A stretch of 64,000 bases of DNA from Dudresnaya verticillata (lineage: Eukaryota): positions 2,356,001-2,420,000 of the forward strand of contig OZ374559.1 of assembly GCA_977862235.1 (NCBI GenBank). The letters are read 5' to 3'. Under the pieces are notes generated by a model that had not been told where the DNA came from, searched no databases, and saw only the letters and a list, made by a program, of their open reading frames with translations. This document shows positions 33,269 to 46,517 of the stretch, piece by piece. Each line of letters starts with the position of its first letter. The first letter of the stretch is position 1. Position numbers and translations under genes: made by a program.

Positions 33269-36200
33269 TCATTCGAAGTTACACTGGGCGAGTGCCTCAA
33301 GCTTAAGCTTGCGGGACCCCGCGGTCTGCAGGAAGTCTTGAACTAGTCCTGGCATATCTTCTAACGCTTGTTGAAGAGGTTCCCAGGTCCTGTCGACTTC
33401 GTCCGGCAGTCCTGCCCATTAGATTTGGATCTGGAGTACTCCATGAGCCTTACGAATGTTGTGTAGTATCTCCGAGATTTGGTAGTTGGTGTCGGAGTGC
33501 TCTGCAGCCTTCAACAGCGCAGGAAGTACTTCCTTACCTTCCATGTCCACGCGGTAGAGAAGTAGGCGACGAGCATGTACGACATCTCGTTTGTCTGTGA
33601 GGAGGTTCTGTGCCTCGTACACCCAGTTCGAACGGATATCCGTGACTCGACGAGGTCCTCGCCATACGAATCGAAGCTTGTGTCCACGAGCTTGAGCGCG
33701 GCGCACAAGGAAGAAGTCGCCCTTGACAAAATTGACGTCACGCACGTTCGTGCGTTTGTTGTGACGATCAACCTGACGTTTGCGCGCTGCCGTTGAGCTT
33801 TCGCTAGCCTCTCGGTGCATGCTGTACAGCACGTCCTGGATCTGATCAACGTTCAGCAAGGCACGTACGCGAACTTCGTCATCAGTCTTGGCCAGACGGT
33901 ATTTGGTCATTGGTAGCGCTCGTAGCAAAGGACGCACCGGACGGTGCCCCGTGAAAAACTCCAGTGGAGTACGGTGTACACCGACGATATCCGCGTTTCG
34001 TCGACCTAGCCTTCGAAGCGGCGTTTGGTTGATAATGCTCTGCACAGACTCGGTAACAGCCGGCCAGTCTTGCGGAGACAGTTGCCACTCGCTCAACAGG
34101 GCTCGGCATGCCCGAAGTACTTCGCGGCAAACTCTCTCAACGGAACCATTGGCCCAAGGAGAGTATGCAGTAGTGAAGTGATGCTGCGTACGCAGATCTT
34201 TAACCATCTCGTGCAGTAGCACATTCTTGAAATGGGATCCCTGGTCGCTAACCAACCACTCCATCGATCCAAAGCTGCCGACCCATGTACATAGGGCGTC
34301 AGCTGCAGTTTCGGCGGACGCCTCTTCTGTCGGCCAGAGCTAAATGTAGGTGGAGAGGTCATCTCTTATGATGAGGATGTACTTCTTGCCGTCAAAGCCC
34401 TGGCCCATGTAGAGGAAGTCAATGTGGAAAACCTCGTTAGGGCGTTCGCCATGTAACGCGTGTCCAAGCGGTCGTGGTACTATCTCACCCGTACGGGTTA
34501 TGATACAGTGTAAACATCCTCGTACGAGCTCTTCGACGTCCGCGGTGATGTTTTTCCACCAAAATCTCTCAAGGATGATGCTCTTGGTAGCGTCCGCTCC
34601 ACGATGACCAATTGATCCCCAGTGCGAACACACCATCCCCTTGAGCTTGAGCTCCAGGTCTTCCTTTGGGATCCAGATCTGGTATCCCTTCTTCCAAAGT
34701 CCATCATCTTTGTCGAGGAGTACTCCTTCGCAACGATCGTGCTTCGCTTGCGAGGCACGAATGACTTCGATATCTGGCCAGATGATTGAATCAGCAGCAG
34801 GTACAAGCTGTTCAGCTTCTTGCAGTAAGACGCTGCACAGCATCGAGTTCTCGTTGCGGTATCCTCTAACCCATCGGGTGAGGATGTCAGCGAAGATGTT
34901 TTCTTCTCCCTTGACGTGCTCGATGATATAATTGAACTTGGACAAGTACAATGCCCATCGTTGGACCTTAGAAACGATATGGCGACCAAGTGCTGGTTCC
35001 AGCGCGAGCGGTGCAAATACGAACAGCAAATTGCGATGGTCCGTAAACACTCGAGTACTCGCGTGGCCTAACAGCATGTAGTCGAGTTTCTAGAACGTCT
35101 GGAATACGGCGAAGCCTTCCTTCTCAAATGTAGACCAATTACGCGATGCGCCGGTAAACTGGGAACCCAGAAAAGCGAGCGGCTCGTGCTTTTGCTCTGC
35201 AACTGGCTTACTCAGTTCGGACTCGCAGCACTGCGTGACCACGCCAGACCAGAAACGGTCCGACGCATCAGTGAATATGCAGATAGCTTTGTCCGGTACC
35301 GGATAAGAAAGTGTTACTGCGGTTTGTAGGCTGTCTTGTAGATCTTGAAAAGCGTTTTCATGCATGGGTCCCCATGACAGGCTACGGAGCGTGATCTTGC
35401 GGATAGACTTCTTCGTCCGCTTGCCAGATTGGGCGTATGCCGCTTCCAGTAGGTCGTTCAAGGGCGCGATGCGCCGGGCGAAGTCGGGGATGGAAAGAGC
35501 CATCCACCGACAACAATAGATGAACTGCGCCAGTTCGTCAGCAGTTTTGGGGTTCCCCATATTCTGCAGGCCGGAAAGGCACGTAGGGTCGAGCTTGTAG
35601 CCGTCTGCAGACACGATACGTCCGCACCATCGCAGTTCCGTACGTAACAGCTGGCACTTTCGTGCAGAAATCCACAACCCTTTCGCTTGGCAGATGCGCA
35701 GAAATTCTTCAAGCCTGTCCAGAAGAATATCCTCGTTAATTGCATGAAGGCTGAGGTCGTCCAGCCATGCCTTGAGAGAATCTCGAAGGCTCGCAAAAAG
35801 CGGCTCGACTGAGCTCTGAAAAAACGCCACGGCGTTCGCCAGGCCCTGCAGGACACGTTTCGAAATAACAACACAACGTGGTGTAATTACACCGCACGCA
35901 GTGTAGGAATCTGGATGCAGTGGAAGCTGCCAATATCCAGACACGAAATCCAGCCAGGCAAAACATTTGCTTCCACAGAAATCATACACCTCACTGTCCA
36001 GATGAGGCATTGGCCACGATTCCTTGATCGTGGCGCTGTTGACCGGGCGGAGATCCACGGTCATACGATATGCAGCCCGAGATCCGGGTTTTGGGACCAG
36101 TAGCGGTGCCGCTTGCCATTCAGCTGTTGGCATGTCCTCAAAAAATCCCATATCCTTCAGCTTGTCCACGTACGTGTTCAGAAAGCTCCGTTGTTCACCG

Positions 36201-36984
36201 GAGTATCTCCTTGCCTTGACACGTATCGGACGATACCCGTGCTTGAGGCGTATCCTCATTGGCGAGACGTCGGCTGGTGGGGATTTGCCCGGCCGAATCC
36301 GAAAACCGGGTGGCGGTCGAGAATTCCAGTCAGCCGTACGGCTCCTGCCTCGCTCAATCCATTGCGGCGAGCGTCATCGACCAAGTCAGCGAGCGCCTTC
36401 TTCAAGTCGCCAGGTGAGTCCTCGCCGAGGTCAACGTAAACGTTACTGTCTTCGAGTAGATCTTCTTCAGCACCGCCCTCACTGTGAAAGGTAGTTCCGA
36501 AGTCCAAAGCGCGTTCGCGTAGGATTTCTTGAATAGAATGGTCGGTATCGGCACAAGGCGTATCATCCCGTCCGTCATTCTGAAGTACTTCAGGAATGTG
36601 AACAACTCCTCCGAACCTGTCTGCCGCGACTTCTAGCAGAATACGGTTGTTCAACCCAAGAGACGCAAGCACATGTCGTCCGACATAAACGTGCTGTACC
36701 TCCTCATCAGCGACTAGCCAATTCATCCCACGAAGCATTAGATTGGTACCATGCCGGATGCGAAGTAGAACATCAGCGCACACTTCCTTACTGCACTCGA
36801 TTTTCTGTACAGAAGACTTTGCGTTAGAGAACTCCAGCCTCTTGGGAAGCGTGGACACGCGAATACTTGAATCGGCATCCTGAATTGACTTCAGTACTGA
36901 AGGAGAGATCAAGCTGACGTCAGATCCTTGGTCTGCTAGCACGGAAACCTCCACAGCGCCTGAGCAGAACGATGCGGAGAACAT
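33269..36984 (-). pseudogene. pol: G2 Pol (PR-RT-RH-IN-chromodomain), multiple stops and frameshifts
   Basis: LADQGSD, YRMTVDLR, LDFVSGYWQ, WLDD, FTDASD, TDHRNL, SDQGSHF, NGSVER, WAGL..TWEP. Confidence 0.93.
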
Positions 36985-37356
36985 AGATGTGTGGTCACCC
37001 TGTACAGGTTTCGCAACTGACCCAACATTTCCTTTCTTCTCAGTACCCGTACGGGCCTTTTTGCGAGCGAAGTATTCATCTCTAAGACGTTTCTTGTCCT
37101 CTTCCGAGCTTTTTGTACAGTCCCGTAGCCAGTGGAACTCATTACAGTCCGGGTTCAGGCATGGCGGCGTGTCGCCTCCGCGCTTACCCTTTCCATCGAA
37201 TTGCCGGACGGCTTTTCGTTACGTCCAACAAGAGTATCAGCAGTACTGCCCGAGCCGTCCTTGCCGCGTTTACCCTTATTACGGCCGCGCCCCAAGTTAC
37301 TCTGACGGGTACCCGTAGAAGCAGTAGGCGGAGGATCATCTCGGACGAGCTTTGCA
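36985..37356 (-). pseudogene. gag: G2 Gag, C-terminal part
   Basis: Continues the gag beyond the G3 insertion; zinc-knuckle-like CLNPDCNEFHWLRDC. Confidence 0.7.
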
Positions 37357-37361
37357 GTCCT

Positions 37362-38147
37362 TGTAGTATAGCTGTCAGCACACTATCAGCAGCGGCTGTA
37401 AGGTATGCTGGCAGCGCCGCACTGTAATGGTGCACACGATGACGCCCGCTGGCGAGTCGTGGTTGGGCAGCGTGCCCTTAGTTTTTTCGTTGAATTAGTA
37501 GCGGTCGACCGCATTGCTGCCGGCAGCGGCCGCGCGCCGTGCCGCACACGGCGCGCCCCTGTTATCACACCTGTGACGCTCTCCGGCATCGAGCCGTTGA
37601 GAGGGCCGCTGCCCGTTACGCCCCGCGCGCGCCCACGGGTAACCGTTACCCGGACGTATCGACACGTGTATGGGCGCGCGCTCGCACACCTCCCGCATTG
37701 GTGTTGTGGGGCGCACCTACTGTAGAAGTAGTCGTAGTGCACATAGTGTAGGGTATTTAAGACCGTCGGCCATCGACGGCTCAGTAAACCGGGCAAGCAA
37801 AAGCTCGCGCTGAAGCTTGCCCCCAGCCTTTTCGGGTTCGATCCCTTTGCCTTACGCCAGCGGGCGGTTTCCCTTTTTCCCCTTGCCTCGCTAGGCTTTC
37901 CCCTTTCCTTTTCCTTTCCGTCGGCTTCGTGCCGCCCTTCGACAGGGACGCTAGGATCCGGCCGCTGCCTACCCGCGTACGCTACGCCCCGTGCACGCTC
38001 CAGCATCGACACCGTTGATCCGCACCTGCGAGGCGCACGCGGCCGACACCGCTCTACCAACCCCAACAGCTACCCATCGACGGGTCTGTGTGGCGGCTTC
38101 GGACCAGCAAGTATCAGACGTCGGATCGACCCGACGTCTATACTACA
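37362..38147 (+). repeat. G3 5' LTR
   Basis: Direct repeat of 49843-50628; ~21 mismatches by eye. Confidence 0.96.
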
Positions 38148-38148
38148 C

Positions 38149-38161
38149 TGGTCTCCCGACC
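38149..38161 (+). promoter_or_regulatory. G3 primer-binding site
   Basis: TGGTCTCCCGACC, identical to G1. Confidence 0.8.
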
Positions 38162-38214
38162 TAGAAGTCGTCGAGACTCAAGTACTTCTCGCATCGACGC
38201 GATCGCAGTAAAGG

Positions 38215-40502
38215 ATGTCGAGGCCTCCTGACCCGGCCGCTGCCGCATCGGCTGCTGCCGGAAAAGTTGAGGACGCGACGCGTCGCACCTCAATACTGAG
38301 TACCATCGACGTCTCAGGTACTCCTCTACACGATGTGAGGCTCGAGCGGAGGGCCGCGCTGCAAAAGGCCCTCGCCGGGAGTCTGGTCTCGGTGGCCGAC
38401 CTCCAGTTGATGTATGAGGAGACCATGGACTCGCTAGCCGAGGTGTACGACCACCTTACAGCTTCGATAGCTGAGGCGAAGGCCGACGGCCAGCAAGACC
38501 TGGACACGCTTCGACGCGGTCCTTTGGCGTCCATCGAGGACGGAATAACCCGGTCACAGGGGCTCCTCGATGAGCTACGCCGCCGCGTTGAGTTGATAGA
38601 GCGCGCGCCGACGCGGCAACGCCAGCGGGCTACGGGCCCGTCGTCAGCGCAGCGCTCTCCTCCGCGACCGCAGTCACCAGCGGGTGCAGTTCAAGAACTG
38701 GCCGCTGCCATACTTGCCGAGCAACGAGCTCGGCATCTCTTTCCTTCACCACCGCCATCTCCACCGAGGAGTGCGGCGGGGTCGCACCATCCGAGTGGGG
38801 ACCCCAATCCGTTCTACGGGGTCGACCCCAGGTTGCTCCAACAAGCCCTCGACGGGCAAAACACAAAGGGGAGACCGACCCCCCAACAGCACGAGGGCCC
38901 CGTCTCTGCCTATTGGCATTGGGGCCCACTCATGGCAGGCATCGAGCCTTTAACCACGTTGGTGCCAGAGTTCGCTAAGGCGATCGACTACCGTTCGTAC
39001 CGTCTCGATGACGGCGATCAGCGGGACAATCAACAGCAGGTATGCAGCGGCAATACTGCGAAGATTGTCAGCCGCATGAAGGCCCTGATGCCCCGACTCG
39101 ACCGGTTCGACGGCAAGGAGCCTATTCGCCTGCTTGGTGTGCTTCGACAGCTACGCCAAGCATTCAATGGCGTTGGACTATCTGAAGGCACAGCGGCGCG
39201 TGTGGTGTCCTGGTTCCTCGATTGAACCGCGTCGCAGGTGTACTCGAGTCACCTGTTCTCTGGGGTGCGCACGACGCAGCGCGGCACCCCACCCTGCTGG
39301 GCCTCGGTGGTCAATACCCTCTTCGAGAGGTTCGTCACGGACGACGTCATCGCAGACGCCCATGACCGGCTGACCACCGCCAAGCAGAGGGACGCCGAGT
39401 CCGAGCTTGAGTTCGCTACTCGCCTCGAAGGGTATGCGGACGCCTGCGCTGGCGTGTAATCCGATGAGAACTTGACGCATCAGTTCCTTCGGGGCCTGCT
39501 GCCCACGACAAGACCCGCAGTGGCGGAGAAGGTCAGGCAGCTGCCTATGGTCGAACAGACCAATTTTAGTACCGTTCGTCGGATTGCCCATAGCGAGGGC
39601 ACAACCTACCGCGCCCGTTCGGCAAAGGCAGCGCAGCCTACGAACACCTCAGGGCGCGGCAGGTCAGGTGGCAGCTCGGCAAGCGGCCGTACACTGCTCA
39701 TCGAGGGCCCACCAAGCTATCCCAGTGGGGACGTTGCTATCGACAGCACAATGCTGGTGGACCCTGACGCCGACGGGTTCGAACCCGTGATGGTCGCGCC
39801 CGCGCTATCGACAGCCGGGTCGACCGAGGCCGTCGAGACCCTCGACATTACAGGACGCATCGACGCGGTCCTACCCAAGCGCATACCACCGCTCACTCCA
39901 ACGCAGGAGGCGATGGCACGCGCAGTCATCCCTGATCGACAGGGATGGTACATCTGCTGGTTCTACCGCGAGGTCGGGCACATCATGTATTCGTGCCCGT
40001 ACCTCACGAAGGAACAGCAGACGTACTGCGCGTATGCGAACTGCAACCATCGAATGGAAACGCAGCCGCATTCGCGCAATATGCTCCAACAGCTCATCGA
40101 CGAGCGCGCGCCAGCGGGCGAAAGGACAAGGAACCCCGCACGGCGCTACGACGCGCCGCGGGTGGGGACCGACGCTTCGACGCGAGAGGTCCCCCGCAGC
40201 GCATGGGCGCACCAAGGTACCGCGGAGAGCCGCAGGGGTACCGCGGGGATCGTCGAGACCCACACCGCGAGTACCGCCAAGGCGACGCACCGCGGTTCCT
40301 GCTGCGCGATAAGCGGGTCGGCTTCGACGAGCCCGCTGGCCGTCAACCTCAGGCATCGACGCCTCCGAGGGCTGACCCGCGTCGCGAACTGCTCCGAGAA
40401 GTTATGACGGTGCAGGAGCACACAGGCCTCACCGCCGACGAGTGGCTTCCGCAAGTGCTCGACGCGCGGCACAAGGGAGAGACAGCCAGCGGGCAGGGAA
40501 AC
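38215..40502 (+). pseudogene. gag: G3 Gag with stops and a frameshift
   Basis: GIEPLTTL..IDYRSYRL..FDGKEPI..FSTVRRIA..CWFYREVGHIMYSC aligns with G1 Gag; ends at GGGAAAC. Confidence 0.85.
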
Positions 40503-40653
40503 GATTCCCCTCTCCTTTTGACACGCCTCCGCGATCGACGCGAGGCGCCTCAGGGGTTACGAAACACCCAATCGGAATCGAGCAAGAAAGTTCGGATTCC
40601 GAGGATAATTCTGACCGGGTCGATCCGGAAAAAGAATAAAGGCGGCGCCGCTC

Positions 40654-43600
40654 GTGCGGTCGCGCGCACCGTCTTGTCCAACACCAGACCCACCATCCCT
40701 TCCACCTTCGACGGCGTTGGGGGCAGCGAGCCTCCGCGTCGGGCGCAGCGGCGCTTCGAAGGACACGAGCGACGTCCCGGTCGACGGGACGTCGTGGGCG
40801 ACGCGTACCAAACCACCCTGGCCGCCGCGGCGTCGACGCAAGCGACAGGCCAGGCGGAAAGGGCGCAGCTCCCCAACGGCGGGACAGGCGGTACCCGACG
40901 CTCGAAGCGAGGGTACCGGGGCTCCATGCAACGACGCAGAGCCGTCCACCACCCCCGATGGGTACGTGTGCCTCCTGTCCTCCGATATTTACCGAGTGTC
41001 CGGGTCCCTCGGTGCGGACCCGCGGGTTATGATACCCCACACCATCGCGGTGGACACCGGCTCCGGGTACAACCTCATCGCTCGAGGTGCCCTGCCCGCA
41101 GGCTGGGAGGAAAACGCGTCAGAGATCGACTCCACGCCACGCCTGGCAGGCGCCGACAAGACTCTGCTGAGGCTGTCCGGCGTCGTCCACCTCTCGATGA
41201 GGTTAGGGAACACGACTTTCCGCGTGCCTGTCATCGTCGCCGACACGCTCGCGGTCGACGTACTGATAGGCACGCAGTTTATCAACGCGCACGTGCGCGG
41301 AATCGACGTCGAGTCGAGAAGGCTGACGCTGAGGAAAGGAGGCTCGGTGCCCATCCTCAGCCGCAGGACCCCTAGCGAGGGGACCGGTCCGGCAACGCAG
41401 CCGAAGAACCCATCGAAGGGTTTGTCGAAGAAGCACCAGCGGGAGCTCCTCGACTGGGATCACGATACCCACACCATACGCCTCGCTAGGCAGGTGGTTG
41501 TCCCAACCTACTCGCAGCGGCTCGTCTCGGTAACGTCGGGGGCTAGTGGGTTAGTCCACACGGAGCCCAAGCCCTCGTTGCAGTTCCGCCACGGCGTGAG
41601 ACTGACCAACGGGGTGCACGACATCGAGTCGGGGCGACCCTTCGGGGTTATCTTGGGCAACTGGACGGACAAAGCCCGGACCCTACCGAAGGGTACCGTG
41701 GTTGGCTATGCGGTCCGCAACCCAGTCGCCCTAATAACCCCGGACCGCGACGTCGCGGAAGAATTCGGGAGGGTGATGAATATCACCACCCTTCCCCACA
41801 AAGGGCAGCGGCCCAGGGGTAAGGGGAGCAACGACCCCCCAGTCACGCCGTCGATGGCAAGGGGCCCCGAGCCCACAAAGCTCCAAGGAGCAGCGACCGC
41901 AGCGGCGGAGAAAAGAGAGTCCGTCGAGGACTGGGAGTCGCAGGTGGACCTTTCGTCTATCGAAGACAAGGTCACCCGCGAAGAAGTCCTCACCATTCTT
42001 CGGAAGCATCAGTCCATGTGGGACGGGAGGCTCGGCACGATTGCCGCTACGCAACACCACATCGACGTGGAACCCGGCACGCGGCCGATTCGCTCAATGC
42101 CCTATCGACAGGGCCCCGCTATGCGGAAGCTCGTACAGAACGAGGTCGAGACCATGCTGCGTGCAGGGGTAATCGAACCCGCCACGTCGGAGTGGGCATC
42201 GCCAGTCGTTCTGGCGCCCAAGAAGGATGGCACGCTCAGGTTTTGCGTGGACTATCGACGTCTTAACACCAAAACCCTGAGCGATGCGTACCCACTCCCA
42301 CGCACGGATGACTGTATCGACAGTCTTGGGGACGCTGCCATTTTCTCCACGCTGGATTGTAACGCGGGGTACTGGCAAATCCCTATCGCAGCGGCTGACA
42401 GGGATAAGACCACGTTCACGACGTTCCTAGGGACGTTCCGCTACCTGCGGATGCCCTTCGGACTGAAGAACGCCCCCGAGACTTTCCAGCGTGCACTGGA
42501 CATCATACTCAGCGGAGTTAGATGGCAGTGTTGTTTGATCTATCTCGATGATGTGATCATATTCTCGCGGTCGATCGCGGAGCACGTCGGTCACCTAGAC
42601 CGCGTGCTGACTCTGCTTCGCAAGGGCGGCGTGTCCCTGAAGCTGAAGAAGTGCCACTTCTTCCAGTCCCGCGTGGACTACCTCGGTCACGTGATCGAGC
42701 CGGGGAAACTACGCATGGCCAAGACAAGCATCGACGCGTTCCGCCATGCGCAGTTCCCGACCTCCCTAACGAAGGTGAGTTCGTTCCTCGGGGCGTGTAA
42801 CGTTTACCGCCGCTTCGTCAGGAACTTCGCGAAGATCGCTCGTCCGCTGACAGATATGACCCGCAAGGATGCGGATGTGGATTTCGATAATCCAAGCGCA
42901 GCGGCGCTAGAGGCATTCGAGACGCTGCGAGCGACACTCTTATCGCCTCCTATCCTACGGCTCCCTCGCAAGGGCAAGCCGTACGTCCTCGAAACGGACG
43001 CATCGGCGTACCAACTCGGATGCGCCCTGCTCCAGGAGCAAGAGGAAGGCCAGTTACACCCCCTTGGGTACTGGTCTTACTCACTAAGCTCAGCGGAGCG
43101 AAACTACTCGGCCACGGAGCGCGAGTGCTTTGCAGTGTGTGGTCGATCACAACCCTGCGTCCCTATATCGAAGGGACCCGGTTCACAGTACGAACCGACC
43201 ATGACGCCTTGCGCTGGCTCATGTCTTTGACCGATTCGTCCGGTCGCCTCACCCGCTGGCGGTTACGACTCGCGGAATTCGACTTCCAGATTGAGTACCG
43301 CCCGGGTAGGGTCCACCAGGTGCCGGACGCGCTGTCCCGCCTGGTGAGGCCTCGACGGCAGCAAGAGGAGGTTGACGACGATGTCCCTACCTATGACCCC
43401 CCGGCGGTCGACCGCCAGAAGGAGGGTGCCTCGAGTACCGAACCCAAGGCACCGTCGGTCTTGCTGACCACGCGGTCCCAAGCCAACGCGTCGACGCGGA
43501 AGGCGCCGGATCGACCAGCTGCAGTGGGCGGCACTGGCAGCGAAGCCAAGGAGCCCTCGGACAGCGACGAGCCACCGGGGCTTGCCGACGACGAAGCCTG

Positions 43601-45194
43601 GGACGACTGCGACGACGTCGACCTTTTCGACCTTGGCCGCATCGACGCGAGCCAAGAGCCGACGGACCTCACCCGGGTCGAACCGGTGAAGCTCCCTTCA
43701 CCAATAACCGTCGAGGAATTGGTGGATGCGCAGCGGCGCGATTCTTTTTGCCAAACAGTGTTGGCACGGCAGTCCCGTCGACGGGATAGCCACTTCTTCG
43801 AGGACGAGGACGGGCTCTTGTGCCGGCGTCACCCCGTCATCTCTTCGTTGGAGCAAATAGTGGTGCCCGAAGCGCTACAGCCGCGGCTTCTCACGCTCGC
43901 GCACCACTCCCTCCTGGCTGGCCACCCTGGCCAGAACAGGATGTTCTACACGCTCCGCGAGAGCTACTACTGGCCACACATTTCAGCGGACATAGCCATG
44001 ACAGTTCGGAACTGTCGGCACTGTGCCAGGAACCGCATACGCTTGCGGAGGTCCCTTCATCGGTTGAAGTTGTTCCCGGCCACGAGGCCGCTCGAGTCGC
44101 TCGCGATCGATATCCTAGGGCCGCTGCCCAAGACGAAGTCAGGAAAGCGATTCCTGCTCGTCATGACGGATCGATTCACGAAGCTGACTCAAGTAGCGCC
44201 GCTGCGCACCATCACAGCGTACCACGTCGCAGTGGCGTTCTGTGAGAGGTGGATCTTCCACCATGGACCACCGAGGTCTCTGTTGTCCGACAACGGGAAG
44301 CAATTCACCTCTAAGTTCTTTCAGGCAGTGTGCCGCTACCTCGGACTGAACAACGTGTTCACGTCCGCCTACCACCCGCGGGCGAACGGTCAGGTTGAGC
44401 GCTACAACCGGACCGTCATGGCCATGTTGAGGAATTACATCAACGATCACCAGGACGACTGGGATCGATACGCAGCGGCGTTGACGTATTCCTACAACTA
44501 CCATGTCCATCGCACGACGCGGACGACACCCTTCAGCCTCGTGCTGTCCCGGCCGCCGCCGGAGTTCACTAAGTTTCATAAGGCAGCGGCCAGACCGAAA
44601 CCTAGTGAGGACGTGCGCGCGGACTTCCTCAAGCGGCTCGACGCCGCCTTCGCAAGCGCATCGAGCGCTCTCGACAAAACGCAGCGGCGTGACAAGAAAG
44701 ACTTCGACAAGCGTGTCAGAAAAGTCAACTCCCGCATTCGAGCGGGAGACTACGTCTTCATTGACGCGAGCGACGGGGTTAAGAAACCCAAGAAGCTCCA
44801 GAGCCCAGCGATAGGGCCCTACCGCGTGCTGCTTAACGACAAGCGCACGCTGTTTATCGACAGAGGCGGCTTGGTCGAACGCATCGCAGCGGACCGCGCC
44901 GTCTACTGTCCCCCGCCGCTGCGGGAGGATACTGCGCAGCGCAGCGCCTACTTACCCACCACTGAGGAACTCGCGTCCAAAGCCGTCGACGGCCCGCGGT
45001 TCGTGGTGGATAAGGGCCTTGACCACGGTACAGCCGACGATGGCACGCTCTTGTTCAAGGTGAAGTGGACCGGCTATCGCAAGCCGACGTGGGAGCCACG
45101 TTCCCATCTCCCCGAGGAGATGGTGAGCCACTATTTCGCATCGCAGCGGCGGCGAAACACCAATCGGCTCGAAGCCGTTCGCTCCTCCTCATAA
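40654..45194 (+). pseudogene. pol: G3 Pol (PR-RT-RH-IN-chromodomain), frameshift ~43135
   Basis: VDTGSG, YLDD, ETDASAY, GHPG..C..C, SDNG, NGQVER, VKWTGY..TWEP. Confidence 0.95.
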
Positions 45195-46517
45195 CCCCTC
45201 GGCGGGGGCGCCTCGCGCTTGAGGAGGGAGCCGCAGGCATTCGTTGCCTTTTTGCAAAGGCAATCGATGCCTCACCCTACCATGCGCTGGGCACCGAGCC
45301 CAGACAGGTCACCCTTGCGCCAGCAGCAGCGGCAGCAGCGCAAGAGGGGGGCAGCAGAACGCTGATTCCGGCGCATCGATGCGCGCAGGGCCGCTTCCAG
45401 CTAACCAAGCCTGGGGCAGCGGCCCCGGGCTGGTTGCACGCACTCGCAGGCGGCGAGGAGACGCAGCCGATACCTCGCCTTCGCGCGTGAGAGGCGTCGA
45501 CGCCTCACGCACGCAAGGTAAGGGGCGCTGACCAACGGCTACCGAAGCCGCTCATCAGCGCCGCGCACGCGGCGCTACCGTCGCTCACTCCAGTGCAACC
45601 CTACGCGCCAGCCGCAGCGGCTGCTGAGCGAGGAGGGGTCACACCAGCGTGAGTGCGGAGCGGGCGCGTCGACGCGCCCAAGGCCGTCGCTGTCGAAGCG
45701 AAGTGGTGTGGGACAAAGGGCAGCGGCCCGATCGCCATTTCACTCGGATGCACCGGAGTGCCGTTGCACTCGATGTGCAACGGCACCCCAAAAGCGAGCG
45801 TCACTTTTGGCGTGCGCCTCGGCGCGGGGCGCACGCAGCGCATCGAGCGCGAAAAGTGTTCCGGCTACAGTACGTACTGTAGCCGCGGGTCGGGAAACAC
45901 CCAACCAGGCCAGCGGGCCGGAAGGCAACAGCCAATGCAAGGGGTTGCGAAAAAATCCCCAGCAAACGATTGGCTAAAATTTCGGCGCAAACCGCCTCCC
46001 GGCGGGAGCAACAGCAGCGGCTGATCGAGTAGCCAGAAGCAGCACGCCGCCGGCAAGTGGGTGCGAGGCAGCGGCCTTGCCGAAGCTAGCCGCCGTGGCA
46101 CCAGGCGCCCAAGACGGGCGCGCAAGTGCAGCCACTGTGGTCTCCCCCATGCCAAGGCGGCATCCCGCGCAGCGGCGCCGGGGCACCACATGGGATCGGC
46201 ACGCTTGCCTATTGCCCCTGAGCAGCGGCTCACGCAAGCCCCGCACGACCGCTGTCGTGACGCAGTGGCGACGCACGCGGGCTCGATGCGCGCGCGCGCG
46301 CAGCACTCACCTTGGGCAGCGGCCCGACGTGGTGAGCTGCTGCGCCGGCGAACGCTCTCGCCACAAATAAGTTCGCATCGACGCGGGACGAAGCCATATC
46401 CCACCCCTTTCCCTTTTAACATGTCTAACGACGCAGCGGCGTAACTGGACTAAAAGGCGCAGCGGCGCTCTAATCGCTGGGTGCCGCGGCACCCGCGGAT
46501 ACTATGAGTCGATCGCA

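Noticed and set aside
37362..38147. Nested G3 LTRs look older (~21/786) than host G2 LTRs (~13/593)
   Set aside because: The difference is within sampling noise; it is not an age paradox.
45195..46500. Many short GC-rich ORFs in G3 and in the LTRs and TIRs
   Set aside because: Expected from high GC content and stop-codon scarcity; no motifs.
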